A DNA stretch of 32,000 nucleotides, from the NCBI RefSeq assembly GCF_008189285.1, contig NZ_CP043315.1, positions 90,001-122,000 on the forward strand, read 5' to 3'. Of the stretch, positions 1-8,513 are shown piece after piece (positions within the stretch are counted from its first letter, which is position 1; each line of letters opens with the position of its first letter). A model generated the notes under the pieces. The model searched no databases and had not been told where the DNA came from. It saw nothing but the letters and a program-made list of their open reading frames with translations. Both the position numbers and the translations under genes were made by a program. This DNA comes from Candidatus Saccharimonadota bacterium. GTDB taxonomy: Bacteria > Pseudomonadota > Alphaproteobacteria > CAJXXZ01 > 1604HC.

Positions 1-492
1 AATGTCAGTAGGAATTTCTAGATCTTTCAATCTTATTACATCGCCAATTGCGCTATTTTTCAAATCAAAATTGATCGCAGAAGGGATGTTGTCAGAGCTA
101 ACAACAGCTTTAATTCCCTTTGTCAAAACATTCAAAATTCCTCCTAATTTAATTCCAGGAGATATTTCTTTATTTTTGAATGATATAGGAAGAGTAACTG
201 TCATTTTTCTGTTAGGCTCTATAGCAAATAAATCTATATGAAGCGGCTTTCCACTCAATGGATGGTATTGCACATCCTTAATTAGCGCTTTGTATGATTT
301 ATTATTTAATGAAAAATCCAATTGAGATATCATTGCGTTTGGTTGAGTAAGCATGTGCTTAGCACTTTTGTAATCAATAGAAGCGTGTTCATGGCTATTT
401 TTTGAATACAATACAACAGGAACTTTTTCCTGCTTTCTTGCTTCTTTTGCAGCTTTGCTTCCTATATTTCTAGAAAAAAGATTTATATTCAT
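1..492 (-). CDS. rplY: 50S ribosomal protein L25 / general stress protein Ctc, N-terminal 164 codons (3' end runs off the left edge)
   Basis: Not in the supplied ORF track. Hand translation of the reverse strand from the ATG (complement of 490-492) gives MNINLFSRNIGSKAAKEARKQEKVPVVLYSKNSHEHASIDYKSAKHMLTQPNAMISQLDFSLNNKSYKALIKDVQYHPLSGKPLHIDLFAIEPNRKMTVTLPISFKNKEISPGIKLGGILNV... The frame is open to position 1 (492 nt = 164 codons). The blocks 'KVPVVLY', 'LIKDVQYHP..GKPLHIDL' and 'PGIKLGG' are typical of L25/Ctc. Confidence 0.75.
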   Translation of the reverse strand, partial: MNINLFSRNIGSKAAKEARKQEKVPVVLYSKNSHEHASIDYKSAKHMLTQPNAMISQLDFSLNNKSYKALIKDVQYHPLSGKPLHIDLFAIEPNRKMTVTLPISFKNKEISPGIKLGGILNVLTKGIKAVVSSDNIPSAINFDLKNSAIGDVIRLKDLEIPTDI

Positions 493-687
493 AATATATA
501 TAATTTAACTCTTATTATTGTAAATTTCAATGCTGATGAATCAATGAAAATCATTATCGTGCATTTATCAGTAAATAAGAGTGAAAATTTAAAATAATTA
601 ACAAGCAAACAAAGCTAATCAATAAATAAATTAGTTGAAAAAATTAATTGAAACAAATTTCGATTGGAGTATCGAAATTTCTGACAA

Positions 688-762
688 GGCGAACAACCGG
701 TCTCGAACCGGCGACCTCTAAAGCCACAATCTAGCGCTCTAACCAACTGAGCTATGCCCGCC
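688..762 (-). tRNA. tRNA-His (anticodon GUG) with genomically encoded G-1 paired to C73; no encoded CCA
   Basis: The reverse complement reads GGCGGGCATAGCTCAGTTGGTTAGAGCGCTAGATTGTGGCTTTAGAGGTCGCCGGTTCGAGACCGGTTGTTCGCC. It folds as a cloverleaf. The acceptor is GCGGGCA/TGTTCGC plus an extra G-1:C73 pair. The D arm is GCTC..GAGC. The anticodon stem is CTAGA/TTTAG with loop TTGTGGC. The T arm is GCCGG-TTCGAGA-CCGGT. Confidence 0.85.
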
Positions 763-787
763 ATCAACATAAGAATACAAAACAAAT

Positions 788-925
788 TTATGAATGACAA
801 GTATATTATGAATGATAAGTGAATTTTGAATAATTTAAAAATTTATGAATGATAGATGCATTTTGATAAATGCATTTTGATAATTTAAAATTTAAAGTTA
901 AATAATTTTCAAAGTTAAATAATTT
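788..925. repeat. Patchwork of short direct repeats in the divergent tRNA-His / gmk spacer
   Basis: 'ttatgaatga' occurs three times (788, 806, 843). 'atgcattttgataa' occurs as a perfect tandem pair (856-869, 870-883). 'ttttga(a)taatttaaaa' occurs twice (824, 875). 'aaagttaaataattt' occurs twice with period 17 (894-908, 911-925). Confidence 0.6.
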
Positions 926-957
926 AAAAATGTTAAAAAAATTAATTTTATGCTAAT

Positions 958-1506
958 ATGATCTCCATGAAGAAAATTGTAGTTCTAGTTGGGCCTTCCG
1001 GATCTGGAAAAACCTCGTTGGCTAATGCTCTTTCTTCAAAAGGTTTTTATAAACCCGTTACTTGCACCACTAGGTGTAAGAGACATAACGAAAAAAATGG
1101 GATTGATTACTTCTTTATTTCAGAGGAAGAATTCATTAACAAAAAGTACAATCAAGAATTAGTTGATTACGATTATGTTTTTGGAACTTGGTATGGAGTT
1201 GAAAGGGCAGAATTTCAAAAAAATGATAGCAATATCGTGATGCCTGCAACTTTTAAAGGGGTGTCGAATTTAAAATCTCATTTTGATAATGTTAGGTCTG
1301 TTTTTCTTAATCCTCCTAATGAAAATGTTTTAATGGAGAGAATGAGAGAGAGAATGATGTGTGAAAAATTGATAAATGACAGAATTCTAAATATTCGAGA
1401 TGAAATGCGCAATATGGAGAAATGTGATTATGTAATTTCTACTGATCAAGATTTAGATGCATCATGCACAGATTTAGAAAGGATCTTATGTTTGAAAAAT
1501 TTTTAA
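958..1506 (+). CDS. gmk: Guanylate kinase
   Basis: The P-loop is 'VGPSGSGKTSL'. It is followed by 'TTRCKRHNEKNGIDYFFISEEEF' and 'GTWYGV', which match the GMP-binding blocks TTR.PR.GE..G.dY.F and G..YGT. Size is 182 aa. An alternative start is the ATG at 967. Confidence 0.7.
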   Translation: MISMKKIVVLVGPSGSGKTSLANALSSKGFYKPVTCTTRCKRHNEKNGIDYFFISEEEFINKKYNQELVDYDYVFGTWYGVERAEFQKNDSNIVMPATFKGVSNLKSHFDNVRSVFLNPPNENVLMERMRERMMCEKLINDRILNIRDEMRNMEKCDYVISTDQDLDASCTDLERILCLKNF

Positions 1507-2816
1507 AAAGATACAAGTTGTATAAAAATTCTGAGCATTATTTGAGAAATAATATAATTTTAGCTCTTGGAGCTGTGAGCGCTGCAGTTTATGCGCTATG
1601 TTTTCACACTTTAATATACTGGTTGGCAGATTTGGAAGTTTCAGCGAAATCTCTTGGATTTGTCAGTCTTGGATATGTTGTAAGTGCGCTGAAAATTTTC
1701 TGGATTCCAATTTTTGAGAAATTTGATGTACCGTATTTGAAGAATTTCCTAGACAGACGAGCGTCATGGATTTTTCTTTGCATATTTATATCCGGTATTT
1801 TAATATCGATTGTGAGTTTTTTGCATCCTTTGCAAGATACTTACTATTTTGCAACATGCATTGCATTGTCTTTTTGTTGTTTTAATATAATGGATACATT
1901 ATTGAGAGCTCAAATATTGAAACTAGCCACAGATGATAAAGATCAGACAACCATTGTTGGATTAGGGGCATTTGGTTTCAGAACAAGCATGTATGTATGC
2001 ATTAATATATATTACTTACTTTATGCACAGTTCGGAATTTCATGGGAAAGCATATATAGAACTTCAGGAATTCTTATTATTTTTACTTCATTCTTATTAT
2101 TTTTACTTCCAAAAGTAACTGAATTAAGCAAAGTAAAATCATTTAAAGAGCTTTTGGTTGTTCCATATCAGGCATTTTTGCAAAAACATAGAAAATATAT
2201 TGTAAGTTTAATTGGATTTATGGTTTTCTTTAGATTGCAAGATAGATTGATTGCTCCTGTGTTTTATAAATTTATTACAAGTTTGAAACCAGTAAGCGTG
2301 TTTAGTTTTATTCCAGATATAGGAATTAGAACTATTTTCTCATCTTATAAATTTATAAGTGGACCTGTTATGGCAGTAAGTTTATTATTTAGTGTTAGAT
2401 TTTTAAGAAAACACAGCTATAGATCAAATGCTATTACAAGTGTGATTATACATTCATTAAGTTGTTTGCCTTTAGTATTTTTAAGTATGCAAAAAAATCA
2501 TATGGCATTATTTATAATTCTGACTCTATTTATTGAAAAGATAGCAAGAAGTTTTGCAAGCAATGTTTACTATATGTATCAAGCAAAGTTTTGTGATAAA
2601 GAGCATGCTGCAGGTCAAATTGCCATGCTTACTCTTATTGAATCTGTTGCAGGTGCGATTCTTGGAATTTCCTCAGGATATATAGCGCATTATCTAAATT
2701 GGACTGCGTTATTTATAGTGGCTACATTTATTAGCTTGCCTGTTTTATTCTTTATTAGAGGATTGCCAAAAGATTTGAATGATGCTTTAGGATCAAAAGC
2801 AGCATCTAAGAAATAA
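1464..2816 (+). CDS. ampG: AmpG-family MFS permease (muropeptide transporter-like)
   Basis: This is a polytopic membrane protein. 'LGFVSLGYVVSALKIFWIPIFEKFDVPYL...RRASWIFL' parallels the E. coli AmpG block 'IGFFSL...FKFLWSPLMDRY.PPF.GRRRGWLL'. The start is uncertain: the ATG at 1488 (MFEKFL...) is an alternative. Either start overlaps the end of gmk. Confidence 0.65.
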   Translation: MHRFRKDLMFEKFLKRYKLYKNSEHYLRNNIILALGAVSAAVYALCFHTLIYWLADLEVSAKSLGFVSLGYVVSALKIFWIPIFEKFDVPYLKNFLDRRASWIFLCIFISGILISIVSFLHPLQDTYYFATCIALSFCCFNIMDTLLRAQILKLATDDKDQTTIVGLGAFGFRTSMYVCINIYYLLYAQFGISWESIYRTSGILIIFTSFLLFLLPKVTELSKVKSFKELLVVPYQAFLQKHRKYIVSLIGFMVFFRLQDRLIAPVFYKFITSLKPVSVFSFIPDIGIRTIFSSYKFISGPVMAVSLLFSVRFLRKHSYRSNAITSVIIHSLSCLPLVFLSMQKNHMALFIILTLFIEKIARSFASNVYYMYQAKFCDKEHAAGQIAMLTLIESVAGAILGISSGYIAHYLNWTALFIVATFISLPVLFFIRGLPKDLNDALGSKAASKK

Positions 2817-2879
2817 GCATAATTCAATTGCAGGAAAATATTTTATTGAATGCAATTTTGTTACATCGCTTTTATTTAG

Positions 2880-2963
2880 TTTTTAGTTTTTAGTTTTTAG
2901 TTTTTAGTTTTTAGTTTTTAGTTTTTAGTTTTTAGTTTTTAGTTTTTAGTTTTTAGTTTTTAG
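2880..2963. repeat. Perfect tandem heptamer array (TTTTTAG) x12, preceded by one degenerate unit at 2873-2879
   Basis: Counted directly. Unit ends fall at 2886+7k up to 2963 with no substitution. Confidence 0.95.
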
Positions 2964-3152
2964 TTTTAACTTTTAACTTTTAACTTTTAACTTTTAACTT
3001 TTAACTTTTAACTTTTAACTTTTAACTTTTAACTTTTAACTTTTAACTTTTAACTTTTAACTTTTAACTTTTAACTTTTAACTTTTAACTTTTAACTTTT
3101 AACTTTTAACTTTTAACTTTTAACTTTTAACTTTTAACTTTTAACTTTTAAC
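2964..3152. repeat. Perfect tandem heptamer array (TTTTAAC) x27, abutting the previous array with no spacer
   Basis: Counted directly. 27 x 7 = 189 nt from 2964 to 3152 with no substitution. In the register AGTTTTT vs AACTTTT, the unit differs from the neighbouring one at 2 of 7 positions. Confidence 0.95.
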
Positions 3153-3214
3153 TAAAAGTGCGCAAAATTGCTTTGATAATTTTGTATAAATATCACAATG
3201 AATTTTTGTTTGAA

Positions 3215-4066
3215 TTATTTAAGAAGATCTTCTCTTTTGATATTTTTCATCAATTCATTCCATTCGTTTTTACTCATATTAGTATCTTCTTGATTAATAT
3301 TTTCATTATTTGACAATGCTTGAACAATTTTTATTCCGTCTTTCGATAAAGAAATTTGATTATAATTGTCAAAAGCTTCATAAGTAAATGGAACCCATGC
3401 TTTTAGTATGTTTTTAATTGCAATTGCATATTCTCTTATTTCAAATTGTGCATGACTAGAACTACGTAATTTAATAAATCTTAATAGGTTGTTTAAATCT
3501 ATTTTCCAGTAAAATTGAGTGTATAAATTAGTTGGAAGAACTCCTCGAGCAACTTCTCTAGCAACTTCATCTTCAATTAATTCTTGATACGCTTTATAAG
3601 AATCTTCATTGATTTGATTTATTTTTTCTTGAGATTTCTTTTGAATTGATTGATCAATATGTCCTCCTCTAGCTTGTTTATTACTCATATTTTGTCCTGT
3701 AATATGATTCATTTCAGGTAAGTAAAAATCACTTTCCATCTCTGAATATCTTGCAGAATACTCATTAACATTTGCTGTTCTATGCCTTAACCATTGGCGG
3801 GCAACAAATATAGGAGCTTTAATATGCAACTTTATTTCACACATTTCGAATACAGAAGTATGTTCATTGCGTAGAAGATATTTAATAAGGCTTTTATCAT
3901 TGCTAACAGACTTAGTTCCTTTTCCATATGAAATACGAGCTGCCTGAACAATAGCAGCATCATCTCCCATATAATCTATAACTCTGATGAATCCTTTGTC
4001 TAGTATTTTAGTTTCTTGACCAATAATTTTTTCCAAGCTTTCAACGCAAATTCTTTTTGTTTCCAT
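3215..4066 (-). CDS. thyX: Flavin-dependent thymidylate synthase ThyX
   Basis: The ThyX signature RHR-x7-S is present as 'RHRTANVNEYSARY'. Size is 283 aa. The N-terminal 'GFIRVIDYMGDD' is typical of the family. Confidence 0.9.
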   Translation of the reverse strand: METKRICVESLEKIIGQETKILDKGFIRVIDYMGDDAAIVQAARISYGKGTKSVSNDKSLIKYLLRNEHTSVFEMCEIKLHIKAPIFVARQWLRHRTANVNEYSARYSEMESDFYLPEMNHITGQNMSNKQARGGHIDQSIQKKSQEKINQINEDSYKAYQELIEDEVAREVARGVLPTNLYTQFYWKIDLNNLLRFIKLRSSSHAQFEIREYAIAIKNILKAWVPFTYEAFDNYNQISLSKDGIKIVQALSNNENINQEDTNMSKNEWNELMKNIKREDLLK

Positions 4067-4090
4067 GTAGAAATTAAAACATGAAATGCT

Positions 4091-4104
4091 ATCTATCGAT
4101 AGAT
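4091..4104. promoter_or_regulatory. 14-bp perfect palindrome ATCTATCGATAGAT, 25-38 bp upstream of the thyX start codon
   Basis: The palindrome is read directly and is flanked by direct 'aatgct' at 4085-4090 and 4109-4114. It lies in the murD-thyX co-directional spacer. A function as operator or weak terminator is not established. Confidence 0.3.
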
Positions 4105-4277
4105 TATCAATGCTAATTCTTGGTTATATATTTGTCATTCAGGTAATTAGAGAAATATAGCAGATAGAGTCATTAGAAAAAACAATTTTTTAAAGCTTAT
4201 TATTCATTTAAACTGAACCATTATTGATCTAAATTGAATTAATTTTATTGTTTCGACAAAAGATTAGGAAAGGTTTC

Positions 4278-5477
4278 TCATAAAATATGCTCTAAGGCTA
4301 AATTTTTGAACTCTTTCCCTCTTGATTGAAAATTTTCATATGAATCAAATGACTGAAATCCAGGGGAAAAAATTACTACTTCATCTTTCATCTTTTTTTG
4401 CAAATTTTTTATTGCATCTTCAAGGTTTTCATAAACAGAGCAGGGGATATTCATGTTAGTAAAAATTGAATTTAATTCATGGCGATTTTCACCAACAAGA
4501 AATGCATGTTTAATATTTTGGACTGGAATGCTTTTTAATGCATATTTAGATATTTCAGATTTTTTTCCTCCAGCAATCCAAAAGATATTTTTATGTTTTT
4601 TGGTTAAATAATTAGAGCATTCTAAATTTGTACTTTTGCTATCATTTATTATTAATGGATTTGAATTTATTATTTCCTGTCTGTGTTCTAGCAATTGAAA
4701 TGCTTTGCATGCATTTATTATATTTTGATCAGAAATTTCAAGCTCTCTGCATATTTGATACGCAGCAATTAATGACTCTTTAGAAATATGACAAAATTGA
4801 GACAATTCATCTGGAATAGAATAATTTATTGTATTTTGGCGTGTAATTTTTAGATTATCTAAGGCATTCTTCATATTTCTTAAAACATCTTCACCGATAA
4901 ATATTTTCTCAGATAAATCAGAAATATTTAACTTTGCATCACAATATTCTTGATAGGAATTATAAAATTCTAAGTGATGAGGCCTGATATTTAGAATTGC
5001 TCCTATGTCTAGCTTTATTTTTGTTATTTCTAGCTGAAAAGATGACAATTCAATTATAGGAATTTCATTATCTTGAAGTTCATTTAGCCCAATTCCAATA
5101 TTCCCCACAGCTCTTGATGGAATTCCATTGAAATTTAATATATGCGCAATTAATGACACTGTAGTCGATTTTCCAAATGATCCAGTGCATCCAATTCTGA
5201 TTTTTTTATTCTTTGAAAATTTAAAAAACACATCTATTTCATGTGTGATATTATTTTTTTTAACAAGATTTAGAAATTTGTGATATCTAATTCCAGGGCT
5301 TAAAACAATTTTATCTACTTTATGTTGATTTGCATCGAATAAGTTATATTTTGATTTCAATATCAAATCTTGCTTATCTTCTTGATCATCCCATATATAA
5401 AATTCTTGATTATTTTTTTTCAGAATCTTAGCGCATGATTGATTTGATACTCCAAATCCTAATAGCAAATAATTCAT
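4278..5477 (-). CDS. murD: UDP-N-acetylmuramoylalanine--D-glutamate ligase
   Basis: The Mur-ligase P-loop is 'GCTGSFGKSTTVSLIAHIL', and the gene sits immediately after mraY. I place the start at Met16 of the track ORF (MNYLLLGFGVSNQ...). This gives the classical ATGA overlap with the mraY stop at 5474-5477. Confidence 0.85.
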   Translation of the reverse strand: MNYLLLGFGVSNQSCAKILKKNNQEFYIWDDQEDKQDLILKSKYNLFDANQHKVDKIVLSPGIRYHKFLNLVKKNNITHEIDVFFKFSKNKKIRIGCTGSFGKSTTVSLIAHILNFNGIPSRAVGNIGIGLNELQDNEIPIIELSSFQLEITKIKLDIGAILNIRPHHLEFYNSYQEYCDAKLNISDLSEKIFIGEDVLRNMKNALDNLKITRQNTINYSIPDELSQFCHISKESLIAAYQICRELEISDQNIINACKAFQLLEHRQEIINSNPLIINDSKSTNLECSNYLTKKHKNIFWIAGGKKSEISKYALKSIPVQNIKHAFLVGENRHELNSIFTNMNIPCSVYENLEDAIKNLQKKMKDEVVIFSPGFQSFDSYENFQSRGKEFKNLALEHIL

Positions 5478-6556
5478 ATTATGAACAATATTATAAGTGC
5501 ATTCACAAGAATTGCAAAACAAACAAATAGTTTGGTAATGTTTTTTTCTTTCATATAATGTTCGAAATGATGATGAATTGGGGTAGTGATAAATATTTTT
5601 CGTTTAAATAATTTTATTGATATCATTTGCACGATAACAGACATAGCCTCTAGAACGAATACTATTCCAGCAAGTGTTAGAATCCATTCTTGTCCAATTA
5701 ACAAGTAATTAATTGCAATAAATGCCCCTAATGACATAGATCCAACATCTCCCATAAATATTCTAGCTGGATTGCGATTAAATTGCAGGAACGAAAATAT
5801 TGCAACAAATATTATTGCGTTGATCATTAGATCTGTTGATGGTCCAAATTTAATAAAGTGCATAATTGAAAATGATGTAATTGTGATCAATGAGCATGAT
5901 GCGGCCAATCCATCTAGTCCATCTGTTAAGTTAACAGCATTTGCAGTTCCGTTGATAACAAATGTCCACCATATTATAGACAAATAACTTATATCTAGAT
6001 TTTGCTTAAAAGCATAAAGAGTGAGCAATGAAGTTAAAATTTGCAAGATAAATTTATGAGAAGCTTTGATTCCTTTGTTGTTTTTTCTTATTATTTTCAA
6101 TGCATCATCTAATAATCCTATGAACCCAAATAGTGTAGTTAATATTATAATTAAATAATGATTAGCATTTAAATGAAGAAATTTGCTTAAATATAAAGAA
6201 GATAATATAAATGATGTTAAAAAAATCATTCCTCCCATGGTAGGTGTATTTTTTTTATGATTATGTTTGATGTATTTAGAAATAGGTTGTGAAAATTTAC
6301 CTCTAATAATTTTTATATAAGCGCTAGTGAAGAAAAACACTGAGTAACATGTGAAAATTAGAACGTTAGTTATGTTAGTTATTAATTTTAATTCAGTGTT
6401 CATAAAATCTGTGTTCATAAAATATGAAGATGAGTTTAAAGCAATTAATCCTATAAGCATTGATAAATATAACTTAGTTTTTCTCGTTTGATTAATAAAC
6501 GCCATTCCAAGATAGTTGGTTAGAAGTTGTAATTTAAATGCCATAATGATCCTCAA
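5474..6556 (-). CDS. mraY: Phospho-N-acetylmuramoyl-pentapeptide transferase
   Basis: MraY motifs present: 'NAVNLTDGLDGLAA', 'FMGDVGSMSLGA' and 'PIHHHFEH'. The protein is polytopic. The start may instead be the Met at 6544. The gene overlaps the end of murF. Confidence 0.9.
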   Translation of the reverse strand: MRIIMAFKLQLLTNYLGMAFINQTRKTKLYLSMLIGLIALNSSSYFMNTDFMNTELKLITNITNVLIFTCYSVFFFTSAYIKIIRGKFSQPISKYIKHNHKKNTPTMGGMIFLTSFILSSLYLSKFLHLNANHYLIIILTTLFGFIGLLDDALKIIRKNNKGIKASHKFILQILTSLLTLYAFKQNLDISYLSIIWWTFVINGTANAVNLTDGLDGLAASCSLITITSFSIMHFIKFGPSTDLMINAIIFVAIFSFLQFNRNPARIFMGDVGSMSLGAFIAINYLLIGQEWILTLAGIVFVLEAMSVIVQMISIKLFKRKIFITTPIHHHFEHYMKEKNITKLFVCFAILVNALIILFII

Positions 6557-7706
6557 GATATTTAGATATTAGCTTTACATCAGTAGAATTGCTACCTTTT
6601 AGCAATATTACTGCACCTTCTTCCATAATTCCTTCCAAATATTTACATAACTCTTCATAGTAATTAAATATTTTTCCTTTTGATGTTTTCCAAATATCTC
6701 CCAATAAAAGAAGATGATCTACATCATAATCAGCATGGTGATATTGTTCCGCATAATCTCCCAGCTCTTTCATTTCTCCAAGCACAGCAATTTTCTTGCC
6801 AGGAAATTTCATTAACTGTTTTATAGATGCTTGCAATGATATGGGATTGCAATTAAAACTTCCATCAATCATAGAGAAATTGATGTTGTCTTTATTCAAT
6901 TTCACTATATTGTTTCTTCCTTTTGACGGGGAATAATTTTTTATATTATTGCTTGCATTGATTAAATTTTCCATTTTTGCAATTTTCATAATAGGAAATG
7001 CATTTTGCTCGTATATATCATCATTTTGTTGAGAAATTTGATTAGAAAGATTGGCAGGACAATATTTTTCGCATATCTCAGGAAAAAAAGCATACTTACT
7101 AGTGTATTGCAAAAGTTGAGATTTCTCTTCAGCTATATGTTCTATATCTCTAAAATGTTCAATATGTCCTGCACCTATTGAAGTTATAATGGAGTAGTGT
7201 GGTTTTATTATTCGAGCCAACTCCTCCATCTCTCCTGGATGACTTGTTCCTGCTTCTAATATTAAATAATCAGGAATATTTTGAATATTACATATAGTTA
7301 GAGCTAATCCATAAATTGTATTATAACTTTCTGGAGATGCTAACACTTTTCTCTCTGAAAATGCAAATTTCATCTGTTCTTTTGTTGATGTTTTGCCTGC
7401 TGTTCCAGTTATTGCAATTACAGTAGAATTTAATTGATTTCTTACATTTTTAGTTAGTTTTATCATATATTCTTCTACGTTATTCACATAAATCACATGA
7501 TCATTTGGTATATTAACTGGCTTTGAAGCTACAATATATTTAAACCCATTATAAATTGCATTTTGTGCAAAATCATGTCCATCATAATGATTTCCTTGTA
7601 TGCAAAAAAACAAATCAGCTTTTTTTCGACTATCTAAGGAAATTCCAGAAATTGAATCATCAATCTGAAAAGTTTTAAGCATTATGTCATTGTTAATAAG
7701 TTTCAT
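6534..7706 (-). CDS. murF: UDP-N-acetylmuramoyl-tripeptide--D-alanyl-D-alanine ligase (short, 390 aa)
   Basis: The Mur-ligase P-loop is 'ITGTAGKTSTKE'. 'DGSFNCNPISLQASI' and 'AVLGEMKELG' are MurF C-terminal-domain blocks. The gene sits upstream of mraY. Confidence 0.8.
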   Translation of the reverse strand: MKLINNDIMLKTFQIDDSISGISLDSRKKADLFFCIQGNHYDGHDFAQNAIYNGFKYIVASKPVNIPNDHVIYVNNVEEYMIKLTKNVRNQLNSTVIAITGTAGKTSTKEQMKFAFSERKVLASPESYNTIYGLALTICNIQNIPDYLILEAGTSHPGEMEELARIIKPHYSIITSIGAGHIEHFRDIEHIAEEKSQLLQYTSKYAFFPEICEKYCPANLSNQISQQNDDIYEQNAFPIMKIAKMENLINASNNIKNYSPSKGRNNIVKLNKDNINFSMIDGSFNCNPISLQASIKQLMKFPGKKIAVLGEMKELGDYAEQYHHADYDVDHLLLLGDIWKTSKGKIFNYYEELCKYLEGIMEEGAVILLKGSNSTDVKLISKYLEDHYGI

Positions 7707-7720
7707 AATATTTACTAATG

Positions 7721-7793
7721 TAGGCTTGGCAGGATTTGAACCTGCGACAACACCGTTATAAGCGATGTGTTCTAACCCCTGAACTACAAGCCC
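7721..7793 (-). tRNA. tRNA-Ile2-like with anticodon UAU (AUA decoder); no encoded CCA
   Basis: The reverse complement reads GGGCTTGTAGTTCAGGGGTTAGAACACATCGCTTATAACGGTGTTGTCGCAGGTTCAAATCCTGCCAAGCCTA. The acceptor is GGGCTTG/CAAGCCT with a G1.U72 wobble. The anticodon stem is CATCG/CGGTG with loop CTTATAA. The T arm is GCAGG-TTCAAAT-CCTGC. The body resembles E. coli tRNA-Ile2 (ileX: ...CTCATAA...GGTCGCTGGTTCAAGTCCAGC), but position 34 is T rather than C. Confidence 0.8.
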
Positions 7794-7867
7794 TCCAAAA
7801 GATCTTAAGGCATAAATCGAATAGTATCAAGTTGCATGGTTGTGTAAATATATATTATTCTATTGTA

Positions 7868-8497
7868 ATGACATGGACATGCGGTAGAAGCAGAAAATTA
7901 AAAAATAATTTAGCAAAGAATTGTGAGAAAAATATTTGCAATAATGAAAATATAAGAGATGTAATAAATAATATTCCTAAAGAAAAGAAATTATGTTTAG
8001 ATATTGGATTTGGCTCTGGAGCAAGTGTTATGCAGACTTTGAAGGATGAAAATACCGTAGTTGTGGGTTGTGAGATTTTTAAGCCAGCTATTTTGCAAAC
8101 TCTCATGAGTGTTAATGATAATTCTAAAGTATTTTTATTTATGTCTTTTATTGATGACTTGATAAAGAAAATCCCATCTTGCTCATTTGATGAAATTAAG
8201 ATGTTATGCCCAGATCCATGGCCAAAGTATAAGCATCGCATGAGAAGGTGTTATAATATTTATAATTTTGATTTGAAAATTGCTAGAATTCTAAAAGGAA
8301 AAGGAAAGTTTATTATGGCCTCAGATATAAGTGAAATGACGCTTAATATGGTGAAATTATTTGATAGCCCTATATTTAACATTGAATGTAATAAATATAC
8401 TGATTATGATTCTTGTCCACATAAAACTGATTATTGCAGAAAAGGATTCAGAGCAGGAAGAGATGTGAATGAAATGATTTCTATCAAGGCTATTTAA
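7868..8497 (+). CDS. trmB: tRNA (guanine-N7)-methyltransferase
   Basis: The SAM-binding block is 'CLDIGFGSGAS', and the TrmB hallmark is 'CPDPWPKYKHRMRR' (FPDPW.K.RH.KRR). The track ORF starts at 7736, inside the tRNA-Ile gene. I therefore start at Met45 (ATG at 7868). Confidence 0.75.
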   Translation: MTWTCGRSRKLKNNLAKNCEKNICNNENIRDVINNIPKEKKLCLDIGFGSGASVMQTLKDENTVVVGCEIFKPAILQTLMSVNDNSKVFLFMSFIDDLIKKIPSCSFDEIKMLCPDPWPKYKHRMRRCYNIYNFDLKIARILKGKGKFIMASDISEMTLNMVKLFDSPIFNIECNKYTDYDSCPHKTDYCRKGFRAGRDVNEMISIKAI

Positions 8498-8513
8498 TGG
8501 AAAAAATTATTTA

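Noticed and set aside
2-241. 79-aa plus-strand ORF from the track
   Set aside because: It lies entirely antisense to a clear L25/Ctc reading frame (1-492, minus strand) and has no recognisable motif. It is a shadow ORF.
615-800. 61-aa minus-strand ORF
   Set aside because: It is built across the tRNA-His gene (688-762). The GC-rich tRNA sequence keeps the frame open, so it is not a protein gene.
2873-3152. Possible CRISPR array, together with the 14-mer array at 30511-30636
   Set aside because: The units are 7 and 14 bp with no unique spacers between them. No cas genes are nearby. These are simple tandem repeats.
7736-7867. N-terminal 44 codons of the trmB track ORF
   Set aside because: They overlap the tRNA-Ile gene on the opposite strand and add non-conserved sequence before the methyltransferase fold. 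The start was moved to the ATG at 7868.
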